The position numbers and the translations under genes were made by a program. This document shows, piece by piece, positions 36,373 to 50,962 of a DNA stretch of 64,000 nucleotides (its first letter is position 1; every line of letters begins with the position of its first letter). Source of the stretch: Macrostomum lignano (lineage: Eukaryota). The notes under the pieces are model-generated. The model was not told the origin of the DNA. It was given only the letters and a program-made list of their open reading frames with translations, and did no database searches. The stretch spans positions 172,080 to 236,079 of the forward strand of contig NIVC01000815.1 in the NCBI GenBank assembly GCA_002269645.1. Direction: 5' to 3'.

Positions 36373-39300
36373 TTTGCTTATCTATTATTTACTTGCTTTC
36401 AGTAGCTGGCAACTGACTGCAACAACTTTATAATGGCTAACTAGGCGAGGGTTTGATTTTAGCAGTTAAACCATTGGGAAGTCTTGACATAAAAATGAAA
36501 ATCATTAAATTAAGCATTTTCAAAACAACATTGGCTGTTTAAAATGGATATTTTTTTCAAATTTCATTTTTGCAGTTCCATTTGCTAACAAAACTCACTG
36601 AAAAGACTAGCATTTATAACTTCAATACTTTTGTGATAAATATTTGATTTTGGCTTTTGCATTAATTTGTTGCTTCATTTTATGATTATTTTTATGATGC
36701 AGAACAGCAAAGAAAATGCTGCTTAAAATAAACTTCTTGCCAATGGCAAGTGAATCCAAACTAAAGGTCAGATAAAGTAATTTCTTGGACTATCTATATG
36801 ATTAGGATTGAACTAAAATTGAATATTTGAATATTACACCTAGTAGTCAAGAGATAAATATACATTATTTTTAAGGGTTGGTAAAGTCTAGGACATGGGC
36901 CATATTCAGTATATAAAGCCTTTCTATCTAGCCCTCAGGTCCTTTGAAATTTTTGCAATAGCAATCTAGCCTATTCAAAACTAGAAACTAGAAATTTGTT
37001 GAAAGGGTAGATTCTTAAAGATAAAGACCCAAAGAGGATATAAGAAGATAACTTTGAATTTTGGCAAAAATACACTTGGCCCCCCTTTTATTTCTTAGGT
37101 TTCTATCAAAAGGGGCAGCTGCCCTTTACTTCCTATTGCTATTGGTATGTCTTTATACTTACCTTTATTTAAATAAAATAATAAATGTCAATAAAATCAG
37201 TGAACAATAATAAACATATATAAACATAGTTAAATACTTATAAAAAAGTTAAAAACCTTGAAAATGTCAAGAAATAGTAGACCATTTCTTGTACTTGTAA
37301 GATCCCAATAAACCCAATGAATAATTAAAAGTAGGAAACTAGGAAATTGAATATATATAACTATATCTATATCTACATAGGCTTATGTTTTGTCTAAAAA
37401 CCTTGATATCCAGCAATAAATTTATAATTATAAGGAAAGTACAAAGGGTATATCTCTCCTATTTCTATTAACTTTGATTTTTTCTATGGAGATTACATTG
37501 TCAAATAAAAAAACAATCAAAAGCAGTGTACTAGGTGCTTGAGTAATTTGTGCCTCCCCCTTCAATATTCTCTGATATATGCATATATATCTTGAATCTA
37601 TAACTTCCATTAATCATATAGATCATAAATGTCTATAATAGCCATAATCCATAGTCAGTACTAATCACAATTAATGAAAAGCTTAACTTCTATGAATGGC
37701 AAAAGTATAGATATGGAATTAAAACAAAAAATCTTAACTTATTACTTTTAATTCATGAATTGGACAATATCAAATTTTCAAGATTCAAGATTTAGCTTAA
37801 TTAGCATATTGTAGGCCTATTTACACTATAGTTTATCTATTAATTGTTAATAATGTTACTTGTTAAATGTATCCAATGATGATAATAAAAAGAAAAAACA
37901 ATGATGATTTAATATTAAGCTTGTTAATAACTTGATGTATATATCAAATATAGATATAAAAATATTAGCAAGCTTCTAATTTGTTTTGCAATATTAGTTT
38001 CTAGTTTGAATCAGTGCCACAATATAGTGTCTCTAAGCACTAGATGGAACAATTTATTGAGAAGTAAATAGAGCAATAGCTAGAATAGTAAATAAAGCAA
38101 TCGATAGGGCAGTAAAAGTAGAAATAGATAGAGTGGTCAATAGAGTAATAGATAGAGCAATAAATAAGAGCTAAGGGCTAAATAATTCTTTGATACTATT
38201 TAACTATCCCTTTTGTCCATAGATATCATTTTCTACCATGGCACTATATTGTAATATCAATTCAAACTTGAAATTAATATCATTTCAGGAAACAAACACT
38301 ATAACCATAGTGTTATATAACCATCACTATAACCATAATATCATATTCATCTTGAAAATCTTGACTTTTTTGAGATCTTAAAACCAAGATTAAACTTGAA
38401 AAAGTGAAAAATGCTTAGATCTTGACAATTAAGATCTTGTCAAACCTCTATTTAATTTTATTAAGTTTACTGAAAGTAATTAATAAGTATTAATCTATTA
38501 ACATAATACAAATTCAAAATATAAGATATTTTTCAAAACAGACTTTATATGGCATTGCCCTTGTTTTTCTTTTTAGGTAATATAGGCTTAGTTTCATAGA
38601 GGTTGTCCTGTTTTCCAAGCAATTCATTTGCTGAAAAGTTGAAAAATAATAATTAAAACTTACTTACAAAAATATTATTTAAAAAACAAGTTCAAAGTAA
38701 AATAAGTAAGTCTAGACTTATTTAGGCCCTTCTTGAAACTTGAAAGCTAATTAATTAATTAAATATAAACAAAGTTATTTTAAGCATGCAGCTAAAAACT
38801 TTCTTTAGAAAGAAAAGATATGCAGCTTCTAATCAATCCAGAGACAACACAAGCTAGTCAGCTAGTGATTTTCTAGGGGGGGGGGGACACATGACCCTGG
38901 TGCCGCAAGCTCCTGCCACCCATACTGTCGCCACCAGCCCACCACTAGGATGCTAGATTGACTAGATACTAGGATAGGCTACCCCAGCAGAGGGAAAAAA
39001 GAAAAATAGTAGAAAAGCAGACTTCAATTTTTTTACGCTGTTTGGGGGGATACATCTCCCCTTTCCTATACCCCTGGTTGTCTCAGAGCAGAGCACTAGA
39101 AGATGCAGCAGAAAGTTACAAAAGAATCAAAAAGATTAGGAAAGAAGTGAATGAATCAAAGCAATAGGCCTACTTATGTGCAAGCAGTAAAATTCATAAT
39201 TTTAATGCATTTAAATTTATAAGTAAGAATTTTTTACATTTGCATGATCACAATCATAAGTAGAGACTAATTGGGCACTTATGAGTTATGGTCAATAATG

Positions 39301-40694
39301 CCGGCGGCCCAATTTAATTGATGCCCATGATCGATCGTGAATTGATGTGAAAAATGCAGCTGTTTGTAGCTTTCAAAACTTTAAATAATTTTTTTTTGAA
39401 GATTGGCGTTGCAAAGCTTAGAGCGAAATATAGTTTACTAGGTCAATGTTACAGACAATTCTTTGCCATAATGAATAAAAATGCAAAATCTTTTGTTTTT
39501 CGATTTGAAAGATTTTTTTTCATATTTAAGTTGGGTTGTATCTAAGAAAAAATTATCACTATCTTTACGCCTCTTTAATACCTAGTCTGCTCTTCTCACG
39601 CTTTACCATGTTAAAATTTCGACTTTCACGTCTGTCTGCGTCTCGTCGACTATGCTAATTTTTTTCTAATTACACTTACTGTAAATCTGATAGTGTTTTG
39701 ATACCATTCTATGTATGTTCTGTTAAGTGTTAAGTTTTTTCAAGTGTTGATTATAATTTTTAGTTTTAAGCTGTGCAATCCATGGACAGGCAGAATGTAT
39801 ATATTTTTAGGATTATCTTGAATATTAAGCTAATTCTACTATTGACTTTGATCATTTGACTCAAAACTCAGTTAAAACTAGTAAGTCAGCCAAAAGTAAA
39901 CTATCAAACCAATATTTAGAAAGCAATTGGGACCATTATGTCCCATGGTATAAGTCAACTAGTCTAGCCATATTATTTTTATGTCAAGTGCTAGGCATGC
40001 CATGTATGTGACCTGTGTCATTACTTACAATTAAGAGATTATGTTTATTTACATATTTATTTTATATATATAATTGATATTTAATGTAAATGATGTAGGC
40101 CTCAATTCAATAGTTGTAGCAAACTCATAAATTAATATCAAGTACTTTACCCAAGAGGCAAGACTAAAAACAAGAAACAAGAAAAATAGGTCCTATTGTA
40201 CTTTTGATCTTCATTTTCTATTTTATTGTTCTTATCTTAGTTTAGTAAATTATGTAATATTTTTTTAATTGTTATCAATATTAACATTGCACTATTTATC
40301 CTAATCTTTAGTCAAATATTTTATAATGTTTAACAAAATTTGGCTCATCTGATTTAAAACTTATATAGAATTTAAAAAATTGCATTCTACTATATCCTAT
40401 ATTTTTACTTTGGGGAAATATCAAATATTCTTTTTATTAAATTTGTCTAGAAGTTTGTCAATTATAAGTTTGTGAACATATTTAGCTCTAGTTGTATTCA
40501 ATTAGTAATGCTTTTGCTAAAGCCTATAGTTCTTTGTTGTTAAGTAAACTTTGGGTATAGTCAATATGTATTATATTTATGTCATTATATAGTCTAGATT
40601 CTCTCCTATTTGAGTTCATAAACAAATATTCTAAATTTATTTTTCTTCATGTGCCTTTGGGCAAAGCCTCTCCACTTCTTTGATATTCTTTACA

Positions 40695-41234
40695 ATGGAG
40701 CTAGACAATGAATGCGAAATGGATGACTACCTATTGAATGGCGACCCCATTGACACTGATGCAATCATCTACCACAATGGCTCCCAGTCATCAGCTGAGG
40801 CTGAGGCCAGCTTCCGCGGTCGCGCCTCTACCTGGGACCCCTCATTTAAACGTCGACAGCATGATGCTGCCGCAGCCGCTGCTGCAGCCGCTTCAGCGAG
40901 TCCATCCTCGTCATCGGCCGCCACCGATGTTGCATCGTCGCTTGACGAGCCTGGGCCTAGTTATCTGCAGTCTGGTAGCCTCTTCAATTCTCAATTCGGC
41001 TCCGGCACTGCCAACTCGTCAACGTCTGCCGCTGCAGCGGCGGCCGCGGCTGTAGCTGCTGCACAGAAGCGACGGAACGCTTGGGGCAACCAGAGCTACG
41101 CTGAGCTTATCACCCAGGCCATCCAATCCAGTCCGAATGGCCGGCTGACCCTGGCCGAGATCTACGACTGGATGGTGCGTCACGTGCCCTACTTCACAGC
41201 CCGGAGTGACTCGGCAAGCTCGGCTGGTTGGAAG
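40695..41234 (+). CDS. foxo: FoxO transcription factor, coding exon 1
   Basis: Akt site RGRASTW; forkhead N-half [42 protein letters not shown]...SSAGWK; donor AAG|GTTTGT at the intron position conserved in FoxO genes (GWK^NS). Confidence 0.93.
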
Positions 41235-41250
41235 GTTTGTTAATGTGATA

Positions 41251-42358
41251 TTTTGTCTGTGGGTAGGCAGTGATATTGTGTCTGTAGGTAGGCATTGCAG
41301 TGATATTGTGTCTGTGGGTAGGCATTGCAGTGATCTTGTGTCTGTAGGTAGGCATTGCAGTGATATTGTGTCTGTGGGTAGGCATTGCAGTGATATTGTG
41401 TCTGTGGGTAGGCATTGCAGTGATATTGTGTCTGTGGGTAGGCATTGCAGTGATATTGTGTCTGTGGGTAGGCATTGCAGTGATATTGTGTCTGTGGGTA
41501 GGCATTGCAGTGATATTGTGTCTGTGGGTAGGCATTGCAGTGATATTGTGTCTGTGGGTAGGCATTGCAGTGATATTGTGTCTGTGGGTAGGCATTGCAG
41601 TGATATTGTGTCTGTGGGTAGGCATTGCAGTGATATTGTGTCTGTGGGTAGGCATTGCAGTGATATTGTGTCTGTGGGTAGGCATTGCAGTGATATTGTG
41701 TCTGTGGGTAGGCATTGCAGTGATATTGTGTCTGTGGGTAGGCATTGCAGTGATATTGTGTCTGTGGGTAGTCATTGCAGTGATATTGTGTCTGTAGGTA
41801 GGCATAGCAGTGATATTGTGTCTGTAGGTAGGCATTGCAGTGATCTTGTGTCTGTGGGTAGGCATTGCAGTGATATTGTGTCTGTGGGTAGTCATTGCAG
41901 TGATACTCGTATTGTGTCTGTGGGTTGCCATGGCAGTGATCTTGTGTCTGTGGGTAGGCATAGCAGTGATATTGTGTCTGTGGGTAGGCATTGCAGTGAT
42001 CTTGTGTCTGTAGGTAGGCATAGCAGTGATATTGTGTCTGTAGGTAGGCATAGCAGTGATATTGTGTCTGTAGGTAGGCATAGCAGTGATATTGTGTCTG
42101 TAGGTAGGCATAGCAGTGATATTGTGTCTGTAGGTAGGCATAGCAGTGATATTGTGTCTGTAGGTAGGCATAGCAGTGATTTTGTGTCTGTAGGTAGGCA
42201 TAGCAGTGATATTGTGTCTGTAGGTAGGCATAGCAGTGATATTGTGTCTGTAGGTAGGCATAGCAGTGATATTGTGTCTGTAGGTAGGCATAGCAGTGAT
42301 ATTGTGTCTGTAGGTAGGCATAGCAGTGATATTGTGTCTGTGGGTAGGTACTGCAGTG
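41251..42358. repeat. 30-bp minisatellite (GTGATATTGTGTCTGTGGGTAGGCATTGCA), FoxO intron
   Basis: Direct inspection; begins about 10-15 nt after the splice donor. Confidence 0.95.
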
Positions 42359-43034
42359 AACTTTAGCCAATTATATTTTGTGAGAATAAAAACAATAAAA
42401 GACACTAACATGGTTTCTTGCTTTATTGCTGAGCAGCAAACTCTAGCTAATCTACTGGCTCAAGTTCTAATAGACACACAGGAGCGACGGCACCAGTTGT
42501 ACTAAATTGTTGCAGAGCGCGCCACCTAATGTTCTGTCTCTTCGCAGCCGAGTTCCAATAAGTTGCACAGGCTTGGATAATTTCTTACTCTCACCCCTAC
42601 AGCCAAACTCGTTGCAATTTCCTCTGCTCAGTTGCTTCCAACCGCCCCCCCCCCAGTCCCTTCCTTTTAGGTAATTGAAACGTTTAAATAAAATTGCTGG
42701 CTGCGCCAAGGCTTCTGGGGAAATGCATAAAATCTTGAATAATTCAAATTGCCCGAAGCCAGCTTCTATGTCTTGAGGCGTTGGAGGATTTTTATTTAGA
42801 AAGTTGTTATTTTCAATTTCCGCTAACAAATTGCAGCTCAGCTGTTTCGAAAAATTCTGCTTTTGGTACAGCGACAAATTCGATTTCGATATGGTTTTAA
42901 TAGAATCGAAATGTACTCGAACGAACCGCGTTTCAAAACTGTTCCAAAAATTATGCAACTAATTTTCATTAACAATTCATTAAGCGCATCATTTTATTTA
43001 ATTACAATATGGATTATTTTCAAAATTACCGCTT

Positions 43035-43540
43035 TCTGAAATTCGGAGCTTCATTTCTTAAATTCGGAGCTTCATTCTGAAATTTGGAGCTTCATTTCTT
43101 AAATTCGGAGCTTCATTCTGAAATTCAGGGCTTCATTTCTGAAATTCGGAGCTTCATTTCTGAAATTCGGAGCTTCATTTCTGAAATTCGGAGCTTCATT
43201 TCTGAAATTCGGAGCTTCATTTCTGAAATTCGGAGCTTCATTTCTGGAATTCGGAGCTTAATTTCTTAAATTCAGAGCTTCATTTCTGAAATTCGGAGCT
43301 TCATTTCTGAAATTCGGAGCTTCATTTCTGGAATTCGGAGCTTCATTTCTTAAATTCGGAGCTTCATTTCTGAAATTCGGAGCTTCATTTCTTAATTTCG
43401 GAGCTTCATTTCTGAAATTCAGGGCTTCATTTCTAAAATTCAGAGCTTCATTTCTAAAATTCGGAGCTTCATCTCTGAAATTCGGGGTTTCATTTCTTAA
43501 ATTCAGGGCTTCATTTCTGAATTTCGGAGCTTCATTTCTT
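43035..43540. repeat. 21-bp minisatellite (AAATTCGGAGCTTCATTTCTG), FoxO intron
   Basis: Direct inspection. Confidence 0.93.
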
Positions 43541-43859
43541 CATTTTGCATTTTGCTGCACTCTACTGGAGCTGTACTTTAGACGCCATTTCCTTATTCTT
43601 TCCTAATCCTCGTTTTTCGGCTTCAAGCAGGGGCCGGCGAATATCCGTGACGTGCGTGTCGTGCACTTCTAGCAGTCAGCTGCTAATTAATTCACTCAAT
43701 TCCAACCTGACGTCATTAACGGCTGTTCGCTTCTCTTCGCTAGGCAAAGAGATTAATTCATTTCTATTCAGTCCAAAGTTCAAAGGCTGATCACAGAAGA
43801 TTGTTCAAATTTTCATCTCGGAGAGAAGCTTGCTAATGCGACAAGACGTTTCAAGGCTA

Positions 43860-45228
43860 AGCCTGTCAGTCCACCTGTCCGCTAAGTTTACAGCATCTGT
43901 CAGCTCACCTGTCTGCTGTGTTTACAGCATCTGTCAGTCCACCTGTCTGCTGTGTTTACAGCATCTGTCAGCTCACCTGTCTGCTGTGTTTACAGCATCT
44001 GTCAGTCCACCTGTCTGCTGTGTTTACAGCATCTGTCAGCTCACCTGTCTGCTGTGTTTACAGCATCTGTCAGTCCACCTGTCTGCTGTGTTTACAGCAT
44101 CTGTCAGCTCACCTGTCTGCTGTGTCTACAGCATCCGTCAGCTAATCTGTCTGCTGTGTTTACAGCATCTGTCAGTCCACCTGTCTGCTGTGTTTACAGC
44201 ATCTGTCAGCTCACCTGTCTGCTGTGTCTACAGCATCCGTCAGCTAATCTGTCTGCTGTGTTTACAGCATCTGTCAGTCTACCTGTCTGCTGTGTTTACA
44301 GCATCTGTTCCAGCTCACCTGTCTGCTGTGTTTACAGCATCTGTCAGATTATCTGTCTGCTGTGTTTACAGCATCTGTCAGATTATCTGTCTGCTGTGTT
44401 TACAGCATTCGTCAGATTATCTGTCTGCTGTGTTTACAGCATCCGTCAGCTCACCTGTCTGCTGTGTTTACAGCATCTGTCAGTGCACTTGTCTGCTGTG
44501 TTTGTTTACAGCATCTGTTCCAGCTCACCTGTCTGCTGTGTTTACAGCATCTGTCAGATTGTCTGTCTGCTGTGTTTACAGCATCTGTCAGATAATCTGT
44601 CTGCTGTGTTTACAGCATCCGTCAGTGCACCTGTCTGCTGTGTTTACAGCGTCTGTCAGCTAATCTGTCTGCTGTGTTTACAGCATCTGTCAGTCTACCT
44701 GTCTGCTGTGTTTACAGCATCTGTCAGTCTACCTGTCTGCTGTGTTTACAGCATCTGTCAGATGATCTGTCTGCTGTGTTTACAGCATCTGTCAGCTAAT
44801 CTGTCTGCTGTGTTTACAGCATCTGTAAGTCTACCTGTCTGCTGTGTTTACAGCATCTGTCAGTCTACCCATGTCTGCTGTGTTTACAGCATCTGTCAGT
44901 CTACCTGTCTGCTGTGTTTACAGCATCTGTCAGCTCACCTGTCTGCTGTGTTTACAGCATCTGTCAGATTATCTGTCTGCTGTGTTTACAGCATCTGTCA
45001 GCTCACCTGTCTGCTGTGTTTACAGCATCTGTCAGTCTACCTGTCTGCTGTGTTTACAGCATCTGTCAGTCTACCTGTCTGCTGTGTTTACAGCATCTGT
45101 CAGTCTACCTGTCTGCTGTGTTTACAGCATCTGTCAGTCTACCTGTCTGCTGTGTTTACAGCATCTGTCAGTCTACCTGTCTGCTGTGTTTACAGCATCT
45201 GTCAGTCTACCTGTCTGCTGTGTTCCAA
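43860..45228. repeat. 34-bp minisatellite (TCTGTCAGTCTACCTGTCTGCTGTGTTTACAGCA), FoxO intron, about 40 copies
   Basis: Direct inspection; 36 units contain TGTTTAC. Confidence 0.95.
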
Positions 45229-45711
45229 CATCTTTCGGCAGACCGTTGCTGCGACTGTTTCAGATATTTTTTGCAGCCAGATTCATCTGATTTAGACAGT
45301 GTCTGCTGCTTACGAGTACTGCGCCAATTAAACCATTCCGCATCCGTCTTTCTGCACCTGCAATTAAATCCTTTGATTTTAAGTCAAGCGATTAAGCAAT
45401 TGCTGCGCCCATCTGCTTTTTTCGTTGGGCAACTGGGTGAAAATTGTTAGCATATTCTTTTCTTTGCCAAATAGCCTTTCCCGTCACTCTTTAGGCCTTG
45501 TATTGTAAAACCTGAACAAATTCTGCTTGGCCATGGTTTTCAGTCCCAGTTCTATTTTTTATTGAATAGTAATATTCTGTATGATAAGCTTGTTAGTTCA
45601 ACTCGAATAGCTTATGAATAAGTAAGTGTCAGTGCGTCTGCAGCTTTTGTTAATAAATCCAGATGGTTAGAAATTGGTTCCAGTAGTTTAAAATTAGTCA
45701 TAATTACATGT

Positions 45712-46600
45712 AGCTGAGTCCCAATCTCCTGTATCTGAGTCCCAATCTCCTGTATCTGAGTACCAATCTCCTGTATCTGAGTCCCAATCTCCTGTATCTG
45801 AGTCCCAATCTCCTGTATCTGAGTCCCAATCTCCTGTATCTGAGTCCCAATCTCCTGTATCTGAGTCCCAATCTCCTGTATCTGAGTCCCAATCTCCTGT
45901 ATCTTAGTCCCAATCTCCTGCATCTGAGTCCCAATCTCCTGTATCTGAGTCCCAATCTCCTGTATCTGAGTACCAATCTCCTGTATTTGAGTACCAATCT
46001 CCTGTATCTGAGTCCCAATCTCCTGTATCTGAGTCCCAATCTCCTGTATCTGAGTCCCAATCTCCTGTATCTGAGTCCCAATCTCCTGTATCTTAGTCCC
46101 AATCTCCTGCATCTGAGTCCCAATCTCCTGTATCTGAGTCCCAATCTCCTGTATCTGAGTACCAATCTCCTGTATTTGAGTACCAATCTCCTGTATCTAA
46201 GTCCCAATCTCCTGTATCTGAGTCCCAATCTCCTGTATCTTAGTCCCAATCTCCTGTATCTGAGTCCCAATCTCCTGTATCTGAGTCCCAATCTCCTGTA
46301 TCTGAGTACCAATCTCCTGTATTTGAGTACCAATCTCCTGTATCTAAGTCCCAATCTTCTGTATCTGAGTCCCAATCTCCTGTATCTGAGTACCAATCCC
46401 CTGTATCTGCGTCCCAATCTACTGTATCTGAGTCCCAATCTCCTGTATCTGAGTCCCAAAAATCTCTACCTGAGTCCCGATCGCCTGTAACTGAGTCCCG
46501 ATCGACTGTAACTGAGTCCCAATCTCCTATATCTGAGTCCCAATCTCCTGTATCTGAGTCCCAATAATCTCTACCTGAGTCCCGATCGACTGTATCTGAG
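45712..46600. repeat. 21-bp minisatellite (CTGAGTCCCAATCTCCTGTAT), FoxO intron, about 42 copies
   Basis: Direct inspection. Confidence 0.95.
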
Positions 46601-46691
46601 TCGGATCGCTTGTCCTGGAAGCCTAATGATCTGTAACCAGGCGAGCTATTATTATTAAAGCAGCCGCCGCCCTCCACCCGACACTCCGCAG

Positions 46692-47528
46692 AACTCCGTC
46701 CGCCACAATCTATCGTTGCACAACAAATTCGTCCGCGTACAAAACGACCAGTCGGGCAAATCCTCCTATTGGACCATCAATCGCGAGATCCGCGATCGGG
46801 CCAGCTACCGGCGGCGGGCGGCCACGGCCGAGACGCGAAGCGGTGAACTGCTGCACAAACGGCAGCTGGCGCTGGCCAAGCAGCGCGCTCGTACGGCTGC
46901 TGCGGCCGCCGCCGCCGCCTCCTCCGCCGTCGGGGCTTTCAGCGAGGCTTCTCCGCCGCCGCCGCCGAAGCAGCAGCAGCAGCAGCACCGGGCGCCAAGC
47001 GCCGCGCCTCTGTCGGCACCCGCCACTCCGATGCAGCGTCCGCCCATGCCGCGCACCCTCAGCGTCACCGAGGTTATGCGGGACCTGGTGCCGCCCGAAC
47101 AGCTGCTGGACCATTCGCGCACCACCGAGGACCTGCTGCTGGAGTCGCTGACAGATGCCGTCCTGCAGGAGGCCTGTCCGGAGATCGAGCAGCAGCAGCA
47201 GATGCCTATGCAGGAGCTCGCTAACCAGCTCAATCAGCTGTCCTGTCGCCAGCAACTAAGCGACTCATCCATTGTCTCTCCACAGCTGCCGCCTCAGCCT
47301 CAGCCTCCTCAATTGCTTCATCAGCAGTACCAGCATCAGCTGCATCGGCAGAGCAGCGCATCGGCTGGCATGTGGTTTAACAGCGATCTTGGGCTGCCTG
47401 ACATTCAGGAAGCAGCCGAGCAGCCGTCTAGCAGCGGCGGCTGCTGCAACGGCGGTCAGCCTCAACAGCTCCCGGGCGCCTCGTCGCAGTTGCAACAATA
47501 CGACCTGTTGATGGAGGAGTTTGCCTAG
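46692..47528 (+). CDS. foxo: FoxO transcription factor, coding exon 2
   Basis: Acceptor actccgcag|AAC; [30 protein letters not shown]; second Akt site RRRAAT; Q/P-rich tail to TAG. Total 458 aa. Confidence 0.93.
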   Translation, partial: NSVRHNLSLHNKFVRVQNDQSGKSSYWTINREIRDRASYRRRAATAETRSGELLHKRQLALAKQRARTAAAAAAAASSAVGAFSEASPPPPPKQQQQQHRAPSAAPLSAPATPMQRPPMPRTLSVTEVMRDLVPPEQLLDHSRTTEDLLLESLTDAVLQEACPEIEQQQQMPMQELANQLNQLSCRQQLSDSSIVSPQLPPQPQPPQLLHQQYQHQLHRQSSASAGMWFNSDLGLPDIQEAAEQPSSSGGCCNGGQPQQLPGASSQLQQYDLLMEEFA

Positions 47529-47641
47529 GCTGCTGTTCGGTTTGTCCAGTTAATGACGCTACGTGTGAGCAGCAGCCTTAGATGGGGTCGTATTCAGTTA
47601 CTTTACCTTACGCCTAATTAGGCGTAAATTTCTTTATTTGA

Positions 47642-47780
47642 GGGTCTTGTAGCCTCGAGTGGTTTAAGCGTCGGACTCACGACTGAAAGGTTGGTCGGGG
47701 GTTCGATTCTCGACCCATCTTGAACAATTTGGGTCCTTGAGCAAGTCACTTAACTCTGCAGTGCTTCAGTTTACCCAGGG
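47642..47780 (+). mobile_element. tRNA-derived SINE with CORE-like body
   Basis: A-box-like TAGCCTCGAGTGG, B-box GGTTCGATTC, then CCTTGAGCAAGTCACTTAAC...TGCTTCAGTTTACCCAG resembling the CORE/MIR-type SINE body. No intact acceptor stem. Confidence 0.65.
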
Positions 47781-48448
47781 CAATTGAGGGGGTGTGTGGC
47801 GACCCCCCCCAGTCCTTGGACTGACCAGCCGTACGCAGCCTTCAGATGCGCCGCGCAATAGCTGCGGCTGAGCTGTCGGTTGCACATCTGGCCCTATTAG
47901 GACAGGTGTAATCAATTATTATTACTCTTTAGTTGAGTCAATCATTAAAGTTTAGAGACAGTCTCTTAGAGGTCAGCGGAGCTAACTAACTGTTGTTGAA
48001 GTGTTGAATAACCTGACGGCCTCGGCCGCTGCTGGTCCTTGTAGCTTCGATATCGCACTTGGCATCGGGACTGTCGATGCACTCTCTGGCAGTTATAAAT
48101 ATCTGTTATATTTTGTTCATTCTTCTCCTTTTCCAGCTTTCTGTGTCTGCGCAAATTATTTTAGAACCTCTGAAGATTTCTGTCATTTTCCTGCTCTTCT
48201 TGATGCGCTAAACCAAAGCATTGTTCCCGCGTTTTTTACCTGTGAATCAATCATTTCTATTTTAGTCATTATTTGTCTTACTGTGCGGCAAACAGGGGGC
48301 AACAGCCTCTCTCGGCATCCTTCTCAGTGCAGCTGCGGCGCTTTGTCTGGTGTTTTGTATGTTATTAGTAGTTTTGTGACGGCTTTATTAGAGGATTTTC
48401 TTAAAAATCATTGATTTCCATAGATTAATATTTATTAGATAAAGATAA

Positions 48449-50326
<1,878 letters not shown>

Positions 50327-50696
50327 GGCCCCACTCTACATGACTTGAATAATTTTCCTTTTCTTACTTGTACATGTAGTTATGTGCTGTTTGTTGTTTA
50401 CAAATGTCATATTGTTCTAGTGGATTTTTAATTATCAGGAGCTATTGATTGAGCTGTTTTATGTGCAGATTAATTTGACATAAAAGTGGGATTTTCTTGT
50501 CCTGTGTCGGCGTGGCTCTGCGTCATTCTTTGTTTTATTTTTTTACACTTTTAATTATCGTTAAGTAGTGTAGAATTTCACTGTGCTTCTGTTGGCTAAA
50601 ATGTATTGTTTTAAAGTAAAATCCGCAGATAAATTTTTACTGCAGTTCTTGACTGGATCATTTAGTAGCAACCAATGCTGGCATTAGCTGATCTCT

Positions 50697-50962
50697 CCCT
50701 CTGCTACCTTCTCACACCCTCTGCTACCTTCTCACACCCTCTGCTACCTTCTCACACCCTCTGCTACCTTCTCACACCCTCTGCTACCTTCTCACACCAT
50801 CTGCTACCTTCTCACACCCTCTGCTACCTTCTCACACCCTCTGCTACCTTCTCACACCCTTTGCTGCTACCTTCTCACACCCTCTGCTACCTTCTCACAC
50901 CCTCTGCTACCTTCTCACACCATCTGCTACCTTCTCACACCATCTACTACCTTCTCACATCC
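50697..50962. repeat. 20-bp minisatellite (CTGCTACCTTCTCACACCCT), about 13 copies
   Basis: Direct inspection. Confidence 0.92.
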
